From Ptychomitrium polyphyllum (Eukaryota), in NCBI GenBank assembly GCA_973851085.1, contig OZ316775.1, forward strand, positions 22,816,001 to 22,880,000: 64,000 nt of DNA, in the 5' to 3' direction. How positions within the stretch are numbered: position 1 is the stretch's first letter; each line of letters opens with the position of its first letter. Below the pieces are notes generated by a model, which was not told where the DNA came from, ran no database searches, and was given only the letters and a program-made list of their open reading frames with translations. The translations under genes and the position numbers were made by a program. This document shows positions 24,762 through 37,700 of the stretch, in pieces.

Positions 24762-27700
24762 TAAATATTAATTAACATAAAGTTATATTGAATAAATTAA
24801 AAAACTCTTTAAATTGAACTACATTGCATCCATCAAACATGGATTAAACATGGATTGGTATGATATCCAATGTCATGTATTAACACTTATTAAATAATAT
24901 TATTTAAAATAATTATTTTTAAAAAATTAATCATATTAAAGATTAATATGCTTTGTAATTCTATTAAGTAATACAATTAAAAATGGTAGTTTTATACTAC
25001 AATATTTTATATTCATATTCATGATGCATTTCTTTCTATTGGCTAATTGTTGATATATTGATCTTAATATAAGATAATTTTATGAAATGAATATATAAAA
25101 ATATTAAAAAAATATATCATCTATATTTATAAGTACATATATAATATCAAACTTTAAAACAAGGATTTAAGCTTTAAGCTTTAAGCTTTATGCTTTATGC
25201 TTTGATGATTTTTAATTTTTAGTCCAAATTTTTTTTTAATAAACTTCATTCTTTTTTAACTTCAATTATAGCATTTTGAACCAAATTGATATGAGATTGA
25301 GATTCATTTTCTTAGCAATTGATTGCATGGATTGCAAGATTAAGATATTTAAACCAAAAAATTTACTTATTTGAATAGTATATTATTAAATAGAACAAGT
25401 GAGTTCTCAAAAAAAATTTAATATATTCAAAATATAACATTCAAAATTGATACCATGGAAGCATATCCAAAATTAAAAAAAAATCCTTACATATAAAGTA
25501 GACAATTATTATTTAGAAATAATTTTTTGTAGAATTTTTTTTAAAACTTAGATTTTTAAAACTTAATTTAAAAATACTAAAAATAATTTGCAATAATTTT
25601 TTTAAAATATCAATTTATTATGACCAATTCAAGTTGATTTGGATTGATTATAGATGCCTTTCTTAATAACTTTTCATCACAAAATATTGCTAATTAAATC
25701 ATTGTTTACATTGACAATATATAATAAGAAACATGTTTAATTCACTCAAATCACAAACAGAGAAGTATGTGAAATATTAAGTAAGTCAAATTTGAATTTT
25801 TTATTTTTCAAAACATTATGGCCTTGTAATTATTGAAAACTAAGATTATGGATTTAAATAATTCAAGATTTTAATTAAAGTACCAAATTAAAATATACCA
25901 TTGGATTCAATGTATAATCATAAGGGAGTATATTGGTGTAATATTTTAATGATTTCTTTTGAGCCAATAGAATCATTTTATCATTCAAAGGTATTGTTTT
26001 GTAGTTAAGATTTTGTTTCACTCAAATTGAGTAAATCTGTATACCAAGTCACCAAAACTAGAATTACCCTTCATTCATTCAACACAACATATCCTCACTA
26101 TCACTATCAATAGCGTATGTAGTGTCCAACATGCTTCAACTGCTGGAGACTGAAAAATTGAGTGGTCAATAATACTTTGTTCAATTGACGGCCTGTAATG
26201 ATCATTCAAACAGAAAGTAGTTCAAGTTTCAAGATTGTGTTGACAAGTCATATCTTGGTGCTATGAGCTGTGTTGTTACCTGTTTGTCACATCTCAAAGA
26301 AACAATAAGGAGAACGAGGAATATTTATTATAGTCATTGTGTTCAATGAGTATATGCAAATATTTATGATCATGGAGTGTTGTATGAGTTGTTGCCACCA
26401 CTCTTGTATTCTAATTTTCCAAAATCTCCAATTTGTGGAACATCAATGTTTATTATTTGCTCCCATATGTTCCTGAATGATCATTTAAAACTATACTTTT
26501 ATAGTGCAACTTGTTCATAAATTATTGTTGTTTGCAGACTCACCAGCTCTCTATGATAAGTAAGTAGTACTAATTATTCCAAACTTGGGGTGAATTAGTC
26601 AATGATGAGTCAATTTTTGGGTGAGGGCCCATTTTAACAACAACTCATCTATCCATGTTCTTTTCAAAAATTTACAAGTCATATCATGTAAATTTTGAAA
26701 TATTGTGGTTCTTTGTGCACTCAACAAAATTAAAATACTCATACCTTTCTCTGAAGTAGTCAAACAAGCAAAAGAAATGGGTCAGATACTACTCATACAA
26801 CTCTCCATGATCATGGATATCCACACATTGTCAGTGAACTCAAAGACTGTACACTAAATTCATCATACACAAAATCATCCATTTGAGAGTAGCATACCTG
26901 TAGCAGCAAAGTGTACAGCCTCAAGATAAGACTTGTCATACAAACCCTTGAAATTTGCACCATTTTCAGTCACACAATATGGGTCCCGTGTCCGGAGCAT
27001 GTGCCCAAAGTCCACACATGTGGCTCTGAATTTGCTCTCAGTACTTGTATCAGCTGCTTCCTGCATGAAAGAAGAGTTGCTAGCTTAGATCCACTCACAG
27101 GATGTATGCTCACACTCAAAGTTTTGAAAGTAGTGGTAACAACTCCATAGGGTCTCAAGTTCCCAACTTGCAGCTGGTGCCAATGCGCTTCCATGGAAGT
27201 GGCGTAATGACATACATCTGTTTGCATTTTAAGGTAAGTAAGATGAAGGTTACGTATGGACAAGTCATAAGTACGCATGTGACCAAGACCAGGCTTCCAG
27301 CAGTGCAGTACCATATGTGGATGACTGTAGTACAGGAAGTTTCATATTCATTTAATTCATGATGTGGTAAACCCACACTCGAGGCACAGGAGTTGTCAGA
27401 GTACTCTTTAGCACTATATAAAAGCTCCTTGAGAAGAGCTTTTATTTCTTTGTTTGTTCACCTTTCTTAGCAAAGAATTTCGAGGTTCAAAGGGAGATTC
27501 CTACAACTAAAGAAGACCATGGTATCCTCTCTATCCATTCAAGAAAATATGGCAAGATATTCAATATTGATTGCTTTACATATTGTAGTCACATAGCATA
27601 GCATGCTCTTCATTTTTTTGATATTTCATTACTTTTCAAAAATAGATTTCATTAAAAAGTAGTTTCTAAATTTCATTTTAAACCTTTTTTATGGAGAAGA

Positions 27701-30659
27701 AATTTCATTATGTTATAATTTTTTATAAAAATCAAATAATCAAATACATACTATGTGACTATGGTATGAAAAAAAGAAGGCACATATTTCTTGTTATGCC
27801 AATTTAAAAAGAAAAATATATGAAAAAATTTCTAAGTGCATGATACATAATGATGCACGTTTGTAGATTTTACACTAAAAATCCATACAAGCATTCTTTG
27901 TTCCAACAACTTTATATGTTTGAGCATTTGAAGCCCTTAACTCAACACCCTAAAAATATAAATAAGAATTTTTGAATAAATTTTTCATTCTAGAAATGGA
28001 AGTATATATATTTATTAATAATTTTAGAAATATGTCTTTCATTTGATTACGAAGTTATTAAATCAATGTATTGGCATGATTGTATAATCAACATTGAAAT
28101 TTGAAATTCATGCATTATTTATAAATATGAAAGTTTTTTTTATAGGAGATGTAATTAGAATTTATTTAAAGATATTTTTGAATAATTTATACATTATTTA
28201 TTTGATAATATTATCTTTGTCTATTTTTTACAACAACATCAACTTTTATATAAAGTTTTAAAATAAGTTGTTGAAAAATTGTCCAAGTCTGTTTAAACAA
28301 TATAGATTGTAGTTTTGTAGCAATAAACAACAATAATTTTGATTAAATCTCATAGTTGACAACTTATGGTATTAAAAAATGTATTCTTTGTTTAATAAGC
28401 ACATGGCTTTTTTTTGTTATATATTTAGAGTCTTTTGTTTTATTCATATTCTTTTTTTTAAGCTTAAATCTTTATTATAGCTAAATGCTTCAATTTTGAC
28501 CTAATATGGTCTAAATTCTTATAATTATAGTTGTTGAGGTCTCTAAGAACCAACCTTTCAAAGTTCACTTCTAAATTACTTAAGCTTTAAGACATTCTTC
28601 ACTTCAATGGTCCATATGTTCATCTTTTATTAAAATTAAATTTTCAAAATGAGCATTTTTATATTATATTCTATAAAAAAATACATTCCTAAGATCTTGC
28701 ATCCAAAAGATTCATCAATCATGTATAGTGTTTAACATGACTTGTATTGAATTAATATTCCAAAGTAGATGTTACAAACTTGTGCATAAAATACATCTCA
28801 CTATCCTTCAAATACACACTAGTATATCAATTCTTCAAAAATACCCTTATAGTTTCAAATCTATTTTAAATGCTTATTCATACAAACACCTTTTTTTCCA
28901 GCTTTTTATATTTTTATATGGAATGTAAAATTTATAAAAAAAAGATTATTGAAACGTTTTAATATATACAACCAATTGGTTTTTTATTTATTATATATTT
29001 CAAATAAATATATTTTAAAAAATTCTTTCACATTTTTTCTAAAATTTTCAATTTCATTTGATAAATTTTTCTTCAATTGACTAACATGTAACTAACTGCT
29101 AATTTAGTTCATTTGATGCTTTTGTAACTTGCAAATGATATAATAAAAGCTAATATCAATTTATTTCAATAAAAAATTATTACATTTAGTTCAATAAAAA
29201 GCCATTACATTATATCAAATTATAATTTTTTAAAAATTTGATTTCATAGTAAGTTTTCAACTTCTTAATGCCACCAACCTATATAATTCTATTATAATTT
29301 TTACAAAAAAAATTGCTTTATTAAAAGTAGAGAAAATATGCACATATTAAAATTATGATTTTAAATTAGAATCTTCCTTTTTACAATGACTTTTATTTAT
29401 ATCACTGAATAAGAACTTTTTTAGAATCTTTGTGAGCCTACAGAAGATCAAATTTAGCTTATATAGCCCCAATGCCTGTCATTGTCATTTAACATGCCCA
29501 CTTGTTATTGCTCATTAATTTATGGTCATATTTGATTACAGCAAGTGAGATGATTTTGTGTATTTAACTTTGGTATGAACAACCGCCTAATAAGGTCCTT
29601 TCTACGTCTTTATCACTTTTACATTAGCACCTCATAACTTTATTCTATCAAAACTTACCACTATGCATTAATAAACAATTATCTATTAATTTTTTCAATT
29701 ATCAATTTAATATTTGCTTTTCAACAAATGCAATTAATACATAAATTAAAATCATACTGCATTTATATCAATCTAATTGCATACTTAATTTAACAATAAA
29801 GACAAACAAATGCTTATGTTCAATTACTAAGTGGACCACATATATTATAAATTGCTGTAAAATAACATACTAGTGCTTTTTAGAATTCATCTTTCTAAAA
29901 TATGGTGATTAATGACCATTATATTATTTTTAAATGATATTACAATTTTCTTTTGGAATGACATGTACAAAGTGAGTGGCTTTTGAATAAAGGAATTTTT
30001 TACTTGAATCACAACAATATCAATGTGACTTATATAAGTCACCATGGATCACAAATTTTGCAATAAATGAGTTATTTATAAATTTATCGTATTCATTTTA
30101 TTTCAAAAAGAGTAGTCAATTGTTACCTTGGTGTTGTTTATATGTAGACATTATATTATAAATGGTATTTAGAGTAACATATATTAATTTCATACAAAAG
30201 ATTATACAATTTTACAAATGAAAAATATTTTTAGTAGGAACAATGATATATTACTATAATAATCATATAAAAGGACTGTTATAAATATGATTTGTAAATT
30301 ACATTCAAATAAGTAAGAATTGTAGCATTTTAAAACCATTTTGTGCAGATTGTGACAAACATCAATATTAATCTAGTGAAGTAAAGGTTTCATTTGTATA
30401 ATGAAAGAAGAAAGACAAGTAAAATAAATGTTACCGGAGAATTAAACTCTGGGAATTCAAACTGTAATACCATCCCGACAAGAGAGTCATAATGGTAAAG
30501 AGCAACGAATAAACTTTACAGATGAGCGGCAACGCCATTGTCGGTATCATTATTTAGTTACTAGTACTAAACTACACTTGTAGTCCTGGCCAACCAGTAA
30601 AGTGGTAAATGGTAGGTGATGGAGTGCTGAAGCAGGATAGTGTAGCAGATGAGACAACT

Positions 30660-31470
30660 CTTGTAAACTGGGCCCGTTTACGGGGGGTGGGGGGGCCCAA
30701 CGTGGAACTTTGGAAACCCACAGGTGGAGCCTGGACAGGACTGGTGGACGATGGCACTGAATGGTCAAGATTGGACTGTGCAGACTCCGTCGGACTGTCG
30801 GCAACAGAAGCATCCGTAGGGGAACCCTTACCATTTATTCTTGGGTAGTGCGTACACGACGGACGTACCCGGTTCGCGTCGCCCTGGCTGCCGCACCCCA
30901 TGCTCCACTACTGGCATACTGCGCATCTGTACCACTAAGGTAGTGTGCGGCAGTGGGCCCCCACCAATTGGAATCGGGCTCCACCAGGGAAAAAGCAAGT
31001 GCGAAGCCTTGTGCTGTGGGCCCAGTGCCCACATCCCAGTTTGGACATGGTTGTCGCGTACGACAAGTGTTGGAGGCTGTGAAGCACACTTGAGCGACCA
31101 GCTGCAGTAGCTGCGACTCGCAATGGGACTGAGCTAGCTCGCGCGCGAGGGAGAGAATTGATACAGAAGAATTAAGCCGCTGCGCAGACGTCGCGGACGT
31201 TGATTGTGGAATCACCTTGGGATTGAGCTTAGCTTAGCTTAGCTTGGCTTGGCTTGGCTTGCTTCTTCATTTAGCAAACCAATCCCCCCCCAACCTTCCC
31301 CCACCCCTCTTCGATTATGCTCCGCTGTGAGCTTTTCGAGCCGCCGTGAGGGAGCCTCATGTAATGCTCATGTCCGCGGAGGTCGCTTTGTGCTGAACCG
31401 CTCCTGCCAGCTGCACGCGTGGACTGATGGTCGTGCGGCGAGACTTGTGAATGGCGCTGCTAGGGTTTGG
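30660..31470 (+). promoter_or_regulatory. GC-rich promoter/5' region of the UBR gene with clustered site-II/TCP-like TGGGCC(C) motifs and a telo-box-like element
   Basis: TGGGCCC near 30670, GGGCCCA near 30693, GTGGGCCC near 30953 and 31016; TAGGGTTT near 31461; (GCTTA/G)n at 31228-31264. Function is inferred from known plant promoter architecture. Confidence 0.45.
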
Positions 31471-31707
31471 AGTTGAATGATGTGACAGGCAAGGGTGGGA
31501 GGGCGCGCTAGAGGGAGGGTGTATTGTGTGGAAACAGATGAGAGGAGTAACAATATACTCAAGCTGTTGATAATACGTCGGTTAGACATTCTACGTTTTT
31601 GTGGGGAATCGTACTCCTCTTTCTGTCTATCTCTAATTTCGTGGTTGCGTGATACATACGGACGCTGTGGCCGTGGCCGTGGCTGTTGCGCTCGTGCGAG
31701 TTCTGAG

Positions 31708-34700
31708 ATGTCTGAGCTCCGGCCGACTAGGCTTGGTGTGGAGGGAGCGGTGATTCATCTCGAGGACCTGAGCTTGGTGATGTGCGGGGGAAAGCCGCTG
31801 GATGTCTATATCGACGAGTTTCGGGCTCAAGGAGAGTCGCAATGCACGAACGTCTGGTCCAAGGGAATAATTGCGTGTCGATGCCGCACTTGTCAGGCGA
31901 ATGATTCTAGGCATGTTAGTATGAATTGCTTTTATGTTCTTCTCTGCAACGCATGGTTGCATTTTGTTTCTTGGATTGGATCATTTATGCTTACCTTACC
32001 GGCTACCGTAATTGGAGAGACATGGAGAATAGGTGATGAATGCGTTTGATGTTTGGATCGGATTAGCAGTGGAAGCTTGTTTTGAATATCTGTGAGTGCT
32101 TTCTTTAGGCGTTGAATGTGGTACGCGAGGTTTGTTTCTTGGAAAAATTATGAGGCGACGTGTTTCTCTATTGCCTCTCATGTGCTGCCTCTACACTACC
32201 ATTTGGGAGTTACCTGGTGCTTTGATGCTTAGTGTATGAGAACCTTCACGCATCTTATACATGCAGGTTCTGTCTTAGACAGTTGCGCAGTTGATAGATG
32301 TCAGGGACGAGGACGGGCTTGCATGATTCCCTCCAAATCTTAGATGGAAAGGGTTTGATCCTTACACGCTGCAACTATTTCAGCAATTGGCCTCTTCATT
32401 TGTTTATCGAACATGCTGAATTACGCTCAACCTTTTTACCATAACATCCTATTCAGAATACTGTACCAAGATCATTTATCTGCTTCTTCTTTATCTTTTT
32501 GAAACGACATGCTTCGTTGCTATCAACTTTGACAAGAATCAGTAGGCTTTTCCTTTTGTATTTTTCTGTAAGCGAATTTCATTTGGTTTCAGAATCTAAT
32601 GTTCAGGCAACCTGAGGTGAATACGTACAAATGCGTCCTTGGCGATAAGAGTAGTAATGACACCTTACAACATCATTCAACCTGATTGATATTTTCGTGG
32701 ATGAGTTTCCTTTGCCTTCGAATGAGGCTGATTTTTGATCCATCGTGTTAACGTCGTGAGCAATTTGATTATTACCGAAGATGCTGTAGAGATCGAGCTT
32801 CTAACTTCTCCCTCACACATAGATTTGGTTTACATGTAGACCAATCCTGAGTAAATTGGTCTTGATTTCTTGAAAATGGATTGACTTACTCACAGGTGCT
32901 GAACTTCTTAAGTTACTGATACTCAGTAACATTCACACATTAGGCATGGTCCTTTTAGTAATTTTCCAGCATAGCTCATGGTTTCCCAAATGTGACCATT
33001 TTCTCTGGTTCGTTATGTTGGAACGCAGTGCAATCTGTGTCGATTGTTTCCAGAACGGCAATCATTGGGAGCACGACTATGGTATTCCACTTCGTTTCCT
33101 TCTTTTATACTGCACGAGTATCTTTTTCTGCTCTCTGCATCTTTCAGAGCTATGTTAGGCGCAAGGTCAATAATGTATTACTTTCTCTTGCTTTTTCAAA
33201 TTCGATCGCAAGAATGTAATCTACCACTAATTCGTTCCTGATGCTTTTTCCAATACGTTGTGAACATGCTCTTCAGCAACTACTTCCAACATAGGATCTT
33301 ATTTTAGTTAACATTGAACTTTAGACTCATATTGTGGGGTGTATGCAGTTATGTACCATAGCGAATCTGGTGGATGCTGTGACTGTGGAGATCGGGCAGC
33401 GTGGAAAGAATCGGGGTATGATCGGATAGCTCTAATTGAGTCCAATAGTTGTGTCGCGTAAGCCGAGTCAGTCCCTTTGGACTTGTAAGGGCGTCTCTAT
33501 CACGAGTACTGCAATATAAGCACGAAACATCCATCATAAGATTGATATCCCTTTAACTAGCAGGATACTGCAGTCAAGCCTCGTTTCACCACTGGAGTAG
33601 AGGGTGAGATGAATCTGAAAAAATCTCCACCTTTAGTAAGGAATTTCTAGACTAGGTTTACTTGCCTACTGATAACTCATCTTCTGCAGGTTTTGTACTT
33701 CGCATCAACGTCCAAATGTACTTGAGGTCAAAGTAAAGGAAGAACTTCTGGTGGCAACACATGATGCTGGTGAGTGTGAATTTTTAGTTTAATCCCATGT
33801 GGTTTCTATTTTCCTTCCATGTGAAGGTATAAACTGGATTAACATACTTTGAAGATTGTGTGGGTGGTTTCTAACTTCTGGTTCTCATGGTAGTTGTCAT
33901 ACACCAACTTTCTGAAATGCTCAGTATTCTCTGGCTTTGCATAATCACTTATCTGATTTTGAAGCTTTTTTTCTGCAGTGCAATATGTGCTGCAGGAGCT
34001 CCTAGCCTGGGTTAAGAAGCTTTATGATAAGCTGATTGTTCATCAAAGTCCATCTGAGCTAGAGACGGATTTGGAGGTGACAATGACAATGATATATTTG
34101 GATTGGTCACTGAAGGTCAGTATATGTGTCGTGCTCTCACGCTCTTTGATATTGAATAGATATGCTTACTGTCTATGTTAATCATTGTTTGAAGATAGGC
34201 TGTTCGTTGGTGCTGCATCCTCTACATTTTACAACAAACATCAATGTATGGTTTTATTCTGTTGAAACAATATTCCTTCTTTTGTATCTAGTCGTTTGGA
34301 TTGTTTATGTTGGCGAATGAGGTTCTCTTGTTGCTGGGCAGGTCTGTGTTGTAGATCCGCTACGGAGCATAGTTTGTAAGGACATAATAGAGTACGAAAT
34401 ACGATATCAGGTATGCAATCATGAGTGTTTTACAATAAGTTCGTGAGATTTAGTTTCTAGAATTTTTGGCGAGACTGTTATTCCCTCAAAATATTATTGC
34501 AAGTGTGCTCTCTCTAGGTCATTCCACGGTCTTTGTATCTGATGTTTTGCTTTTTTTTCTGACAATCCAAGTGCAGTTCTAAATTCCTTCCTAAGACATT
34601 CCAATGCATATATATTTTTGACTTGTTGCATTTATAAATAATTGACAAGGAGAGGACAATCGCCTTTGCTATTTGCAACAGCTTATGTCAGTAAGCGTGT

Positions 34701-37700
34701 GGTAGTTCATAGTATTTCCTTTCAAATCCAAAAGTTGCTGATAGTTTTGACACCGCTTTTATTGGCTTCGATCTGAAGTGTACATAAATTTACATGTTTA
34801 TTTTACTTGCAGACTGATACTTTAACATCTCCGCTGGACATCTTGTTGGATTGCTTGGGCTGGATGCCAGAGAAAATCATTGAAGCGGTATTGTAATATT
34901 TACTCCTTGCGTATGAGTTCACTAGAACTGAAAACGGATCAGAGCACGATAGAGTTTTGAAAGAATTGCTCCTTCATGCATGCACCACATATACCTGCTC
35001 TGTGAAGTAGAATTTAAAAAGGCTGTAATGGGCTGACAACCGGATGTGAGCTATCTAAAGTGGTATAGTTAACAACCCGATCCCATTACTATGTCTTTCG
35101 ATTGTTGTATTGGATAACTACGTGCTCAATTTTAGAAGTATTGATGTAGTTCGCGAATTGCGTGCGAGCTTAAGAGCAAGAGCTTTTCAGTATTTGACGT
35201 TTAGCTATGTTCATCTATATGCAGGAGACGACTTTGTTTTTACAACTGTTGTATAAAAATGAATTTAAGGTTCAATTTCTCAATCTTCTTAAGGGGAAGT
35301 ACGAGAAGATGATCATGCTTGCTGTTAACAATGAAGCGTATATGAAGAACTACAAGCACCTCGACACTAATTTAGACAGAGGTATGCATTTCCATTCTAC
35401 AGCTCACTGATTAATGCATCGATGCTGTTTAGTGCTGCTGATTAAGCCCTTCAATTTTTAATGGGCTTTCTGGGAAATAGCGACTCAAGCAACTTGTATG
35501 TTTTCTAGTAATGGTGCAGTTATTTAATGATCCAGAGATGACCACTCACCTTATCCACAAATATAATTTACTCGAGTTATTTATCGGAGTTTTCTCTAAA
35601 GTGATAACTTGTTCCACCGAAAGGTAATTTCTCTTTTCCTTCTCTTTAGTTGATATCCTACTTTTAGTTTTGCTAAAAACGTGAGAGATTCTTAGTTTCT
35701 CAGAAACAATAACATCATATTTGTAAAATTTAGTCCTTTTCCACAAATTTGAGACACCGTTTCACTTGTGTGTAAATTTTGTCTCAAGTCAGAAGACTAC
35801 TCTTAATTTAACGAATATGGTGTTTAATGATTTGCAATCATATATCAAAAAGGAATTTGATATTTGGGAGGAAGTCACTTCTTGACTTTTATAATCTTGA
35901 CATGGAAGTAGCGATCGTGATCATATAGAGAAAAATATCATTGATTTTGACAGTTATCATCTTACGTACATTTGTCTACATTCCTTCAAATATCGATTTT
36001 CCTGTTCAAGTCGAACTTGTTCCTTTGTCTGTATAATGACTTTGTTTGAAAGAAATCTAATCCAATATTTTGTTGTGATGCTTTAAAAACAACTTAGTGA
36101 GCCAGCAGTTGTCGATGTTGAGCATGATGCTATCAAATGCAAGGTGCGCACTATTCTTGACTCAAGAGGGTTTGTTTCTACTGTCTGGAGTGTGGCATCT
36201 GGTCAGATCACTTGATTTGTTCACGCGGTCTTGGTTTCTGAAACATTATTGCAATCAACTTTCTTCTGGTTTTGGTAATCCTAAGTTTTTTTCAGGCTTC
36301 AGAAGACTTCAGTTTCTTCTAGATCGTAGCAATTCTTGCTATATTCCAAATAAGAACTGGAACTCTCTCAAATTTTGGAGATTGTTCCGTAGGTTGTGAA
36401 ATGTTTGGATGACCATGTATGTGCTGGAAAACCTAAATCTGCTGTGAAACCTGACCAGGTTTACCTTCGGCCTCAAGGTGATTTGCGCTTAATAGTTTCA
36501 CATGAAGATATTGCGGTTCACATGCTTTCAAACCAACCAAACCTTTTCCCACATATTCTCGACGTGCTTGTCAAGTTGCAGGTTTGTAAAAGAAACAACT
36601 AAAAGTGATTTTCTTTCTTCATTTTGTATTTTAATTTCATTTCGCTCAATGAGTGCTAGTTCAACCCCGTCTCTAATTCTTTATTGATGACGTTTAGGCA
36701 GTCTCCATAGTTAAATGGTCGAGTTTATTGAAGTTTTAATATTTGAGATTTTATTCTATTTCTAGTGCAGAGTTTTGAGATTGCTTACTGTGAAGTATTG
36801 GCTCTAATGTTTGTGCAGTGGATGAATCCATATTTTCGTGACGAAGACGACATTGAATTTGAAAATTCGTGGACACTTGCTATCCAACTGGAGGTCAGCA
36901 GCTCTTAGAGAAATTTTGATCGTATTTGACTGGGGATTTGTTTCCTCCATGCAGTCTATCGCTTTTAAAATTCCTTTTCAGTAGGTAAATGTTTTTTTTA
37001 AAAGTTGTGTGTTAACTCTATTGCACTGAAATTCTGATACCAAACTGCAGCAATGAAGATCGTGTTCAGTCTTTAAATATATCTGTCTGATACATAAGGG
37101 TGGTCCCAAATGTATTTTTGTTCGGGTGTAGGGTACTAGTCTATCATAATCTACGGTTCTGCTTTCAACATATATCATCTGTATCTGTCAAAGCAGGCGG
37201 CAGGCTTTGAAACCCGGACATTAGCGGCTTCAGACAATCCTTCTATCCTGTTTTAAAGAATACTACTGTAATGTGAGTCATTTGTGTATTGCATGTTCAT
37301 GCACTCATGCTTTTTTCTGGGGAATAATTTGTTCTGCAGATGAATAGTATGGCTATAATTTTTCAGTTGATTGCGCGTTGTTATCAAGATCCAGGAGTTG
37401 GAAAAAAGACTCTTGTGACGGCAGCTACATATACCCTGACGGCCTTGACTCAATACCTGAAGCAGGTACTACGCTTGCAAAGATGCTTCTTTGTAGTTCT
37501 AATACTTGGTTTCATCTCATTGTCACGCCTTCATATTATGGAGACGAACTAATCATATGAGCATTTTATTTTCGTCCTCATCACTATCGTAGTGTGTATC
37601 TGCTCAGCGAAGCCACGCTTTGTCATAATGCTGTTCCGAAGGATTGTATTTGTGGTGCTGAAGTGAGTGTTGTCTTGACATTTTGCTGTGATTGTATTTT

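Noticed and set aside
30520..30565. Helitron 3' end (GGCAACGCC hairpin then CTAGT)
   Set aside because: The stem is weak, the spacing to CTAG is too long, and no Rep/helicase remnant or 5' end could be recognised.
37593..37662. Extra UBR exon ending in GTGAGT
   Set aside because: It has a stop in the required phase, and the flanking exons join in frame without it.
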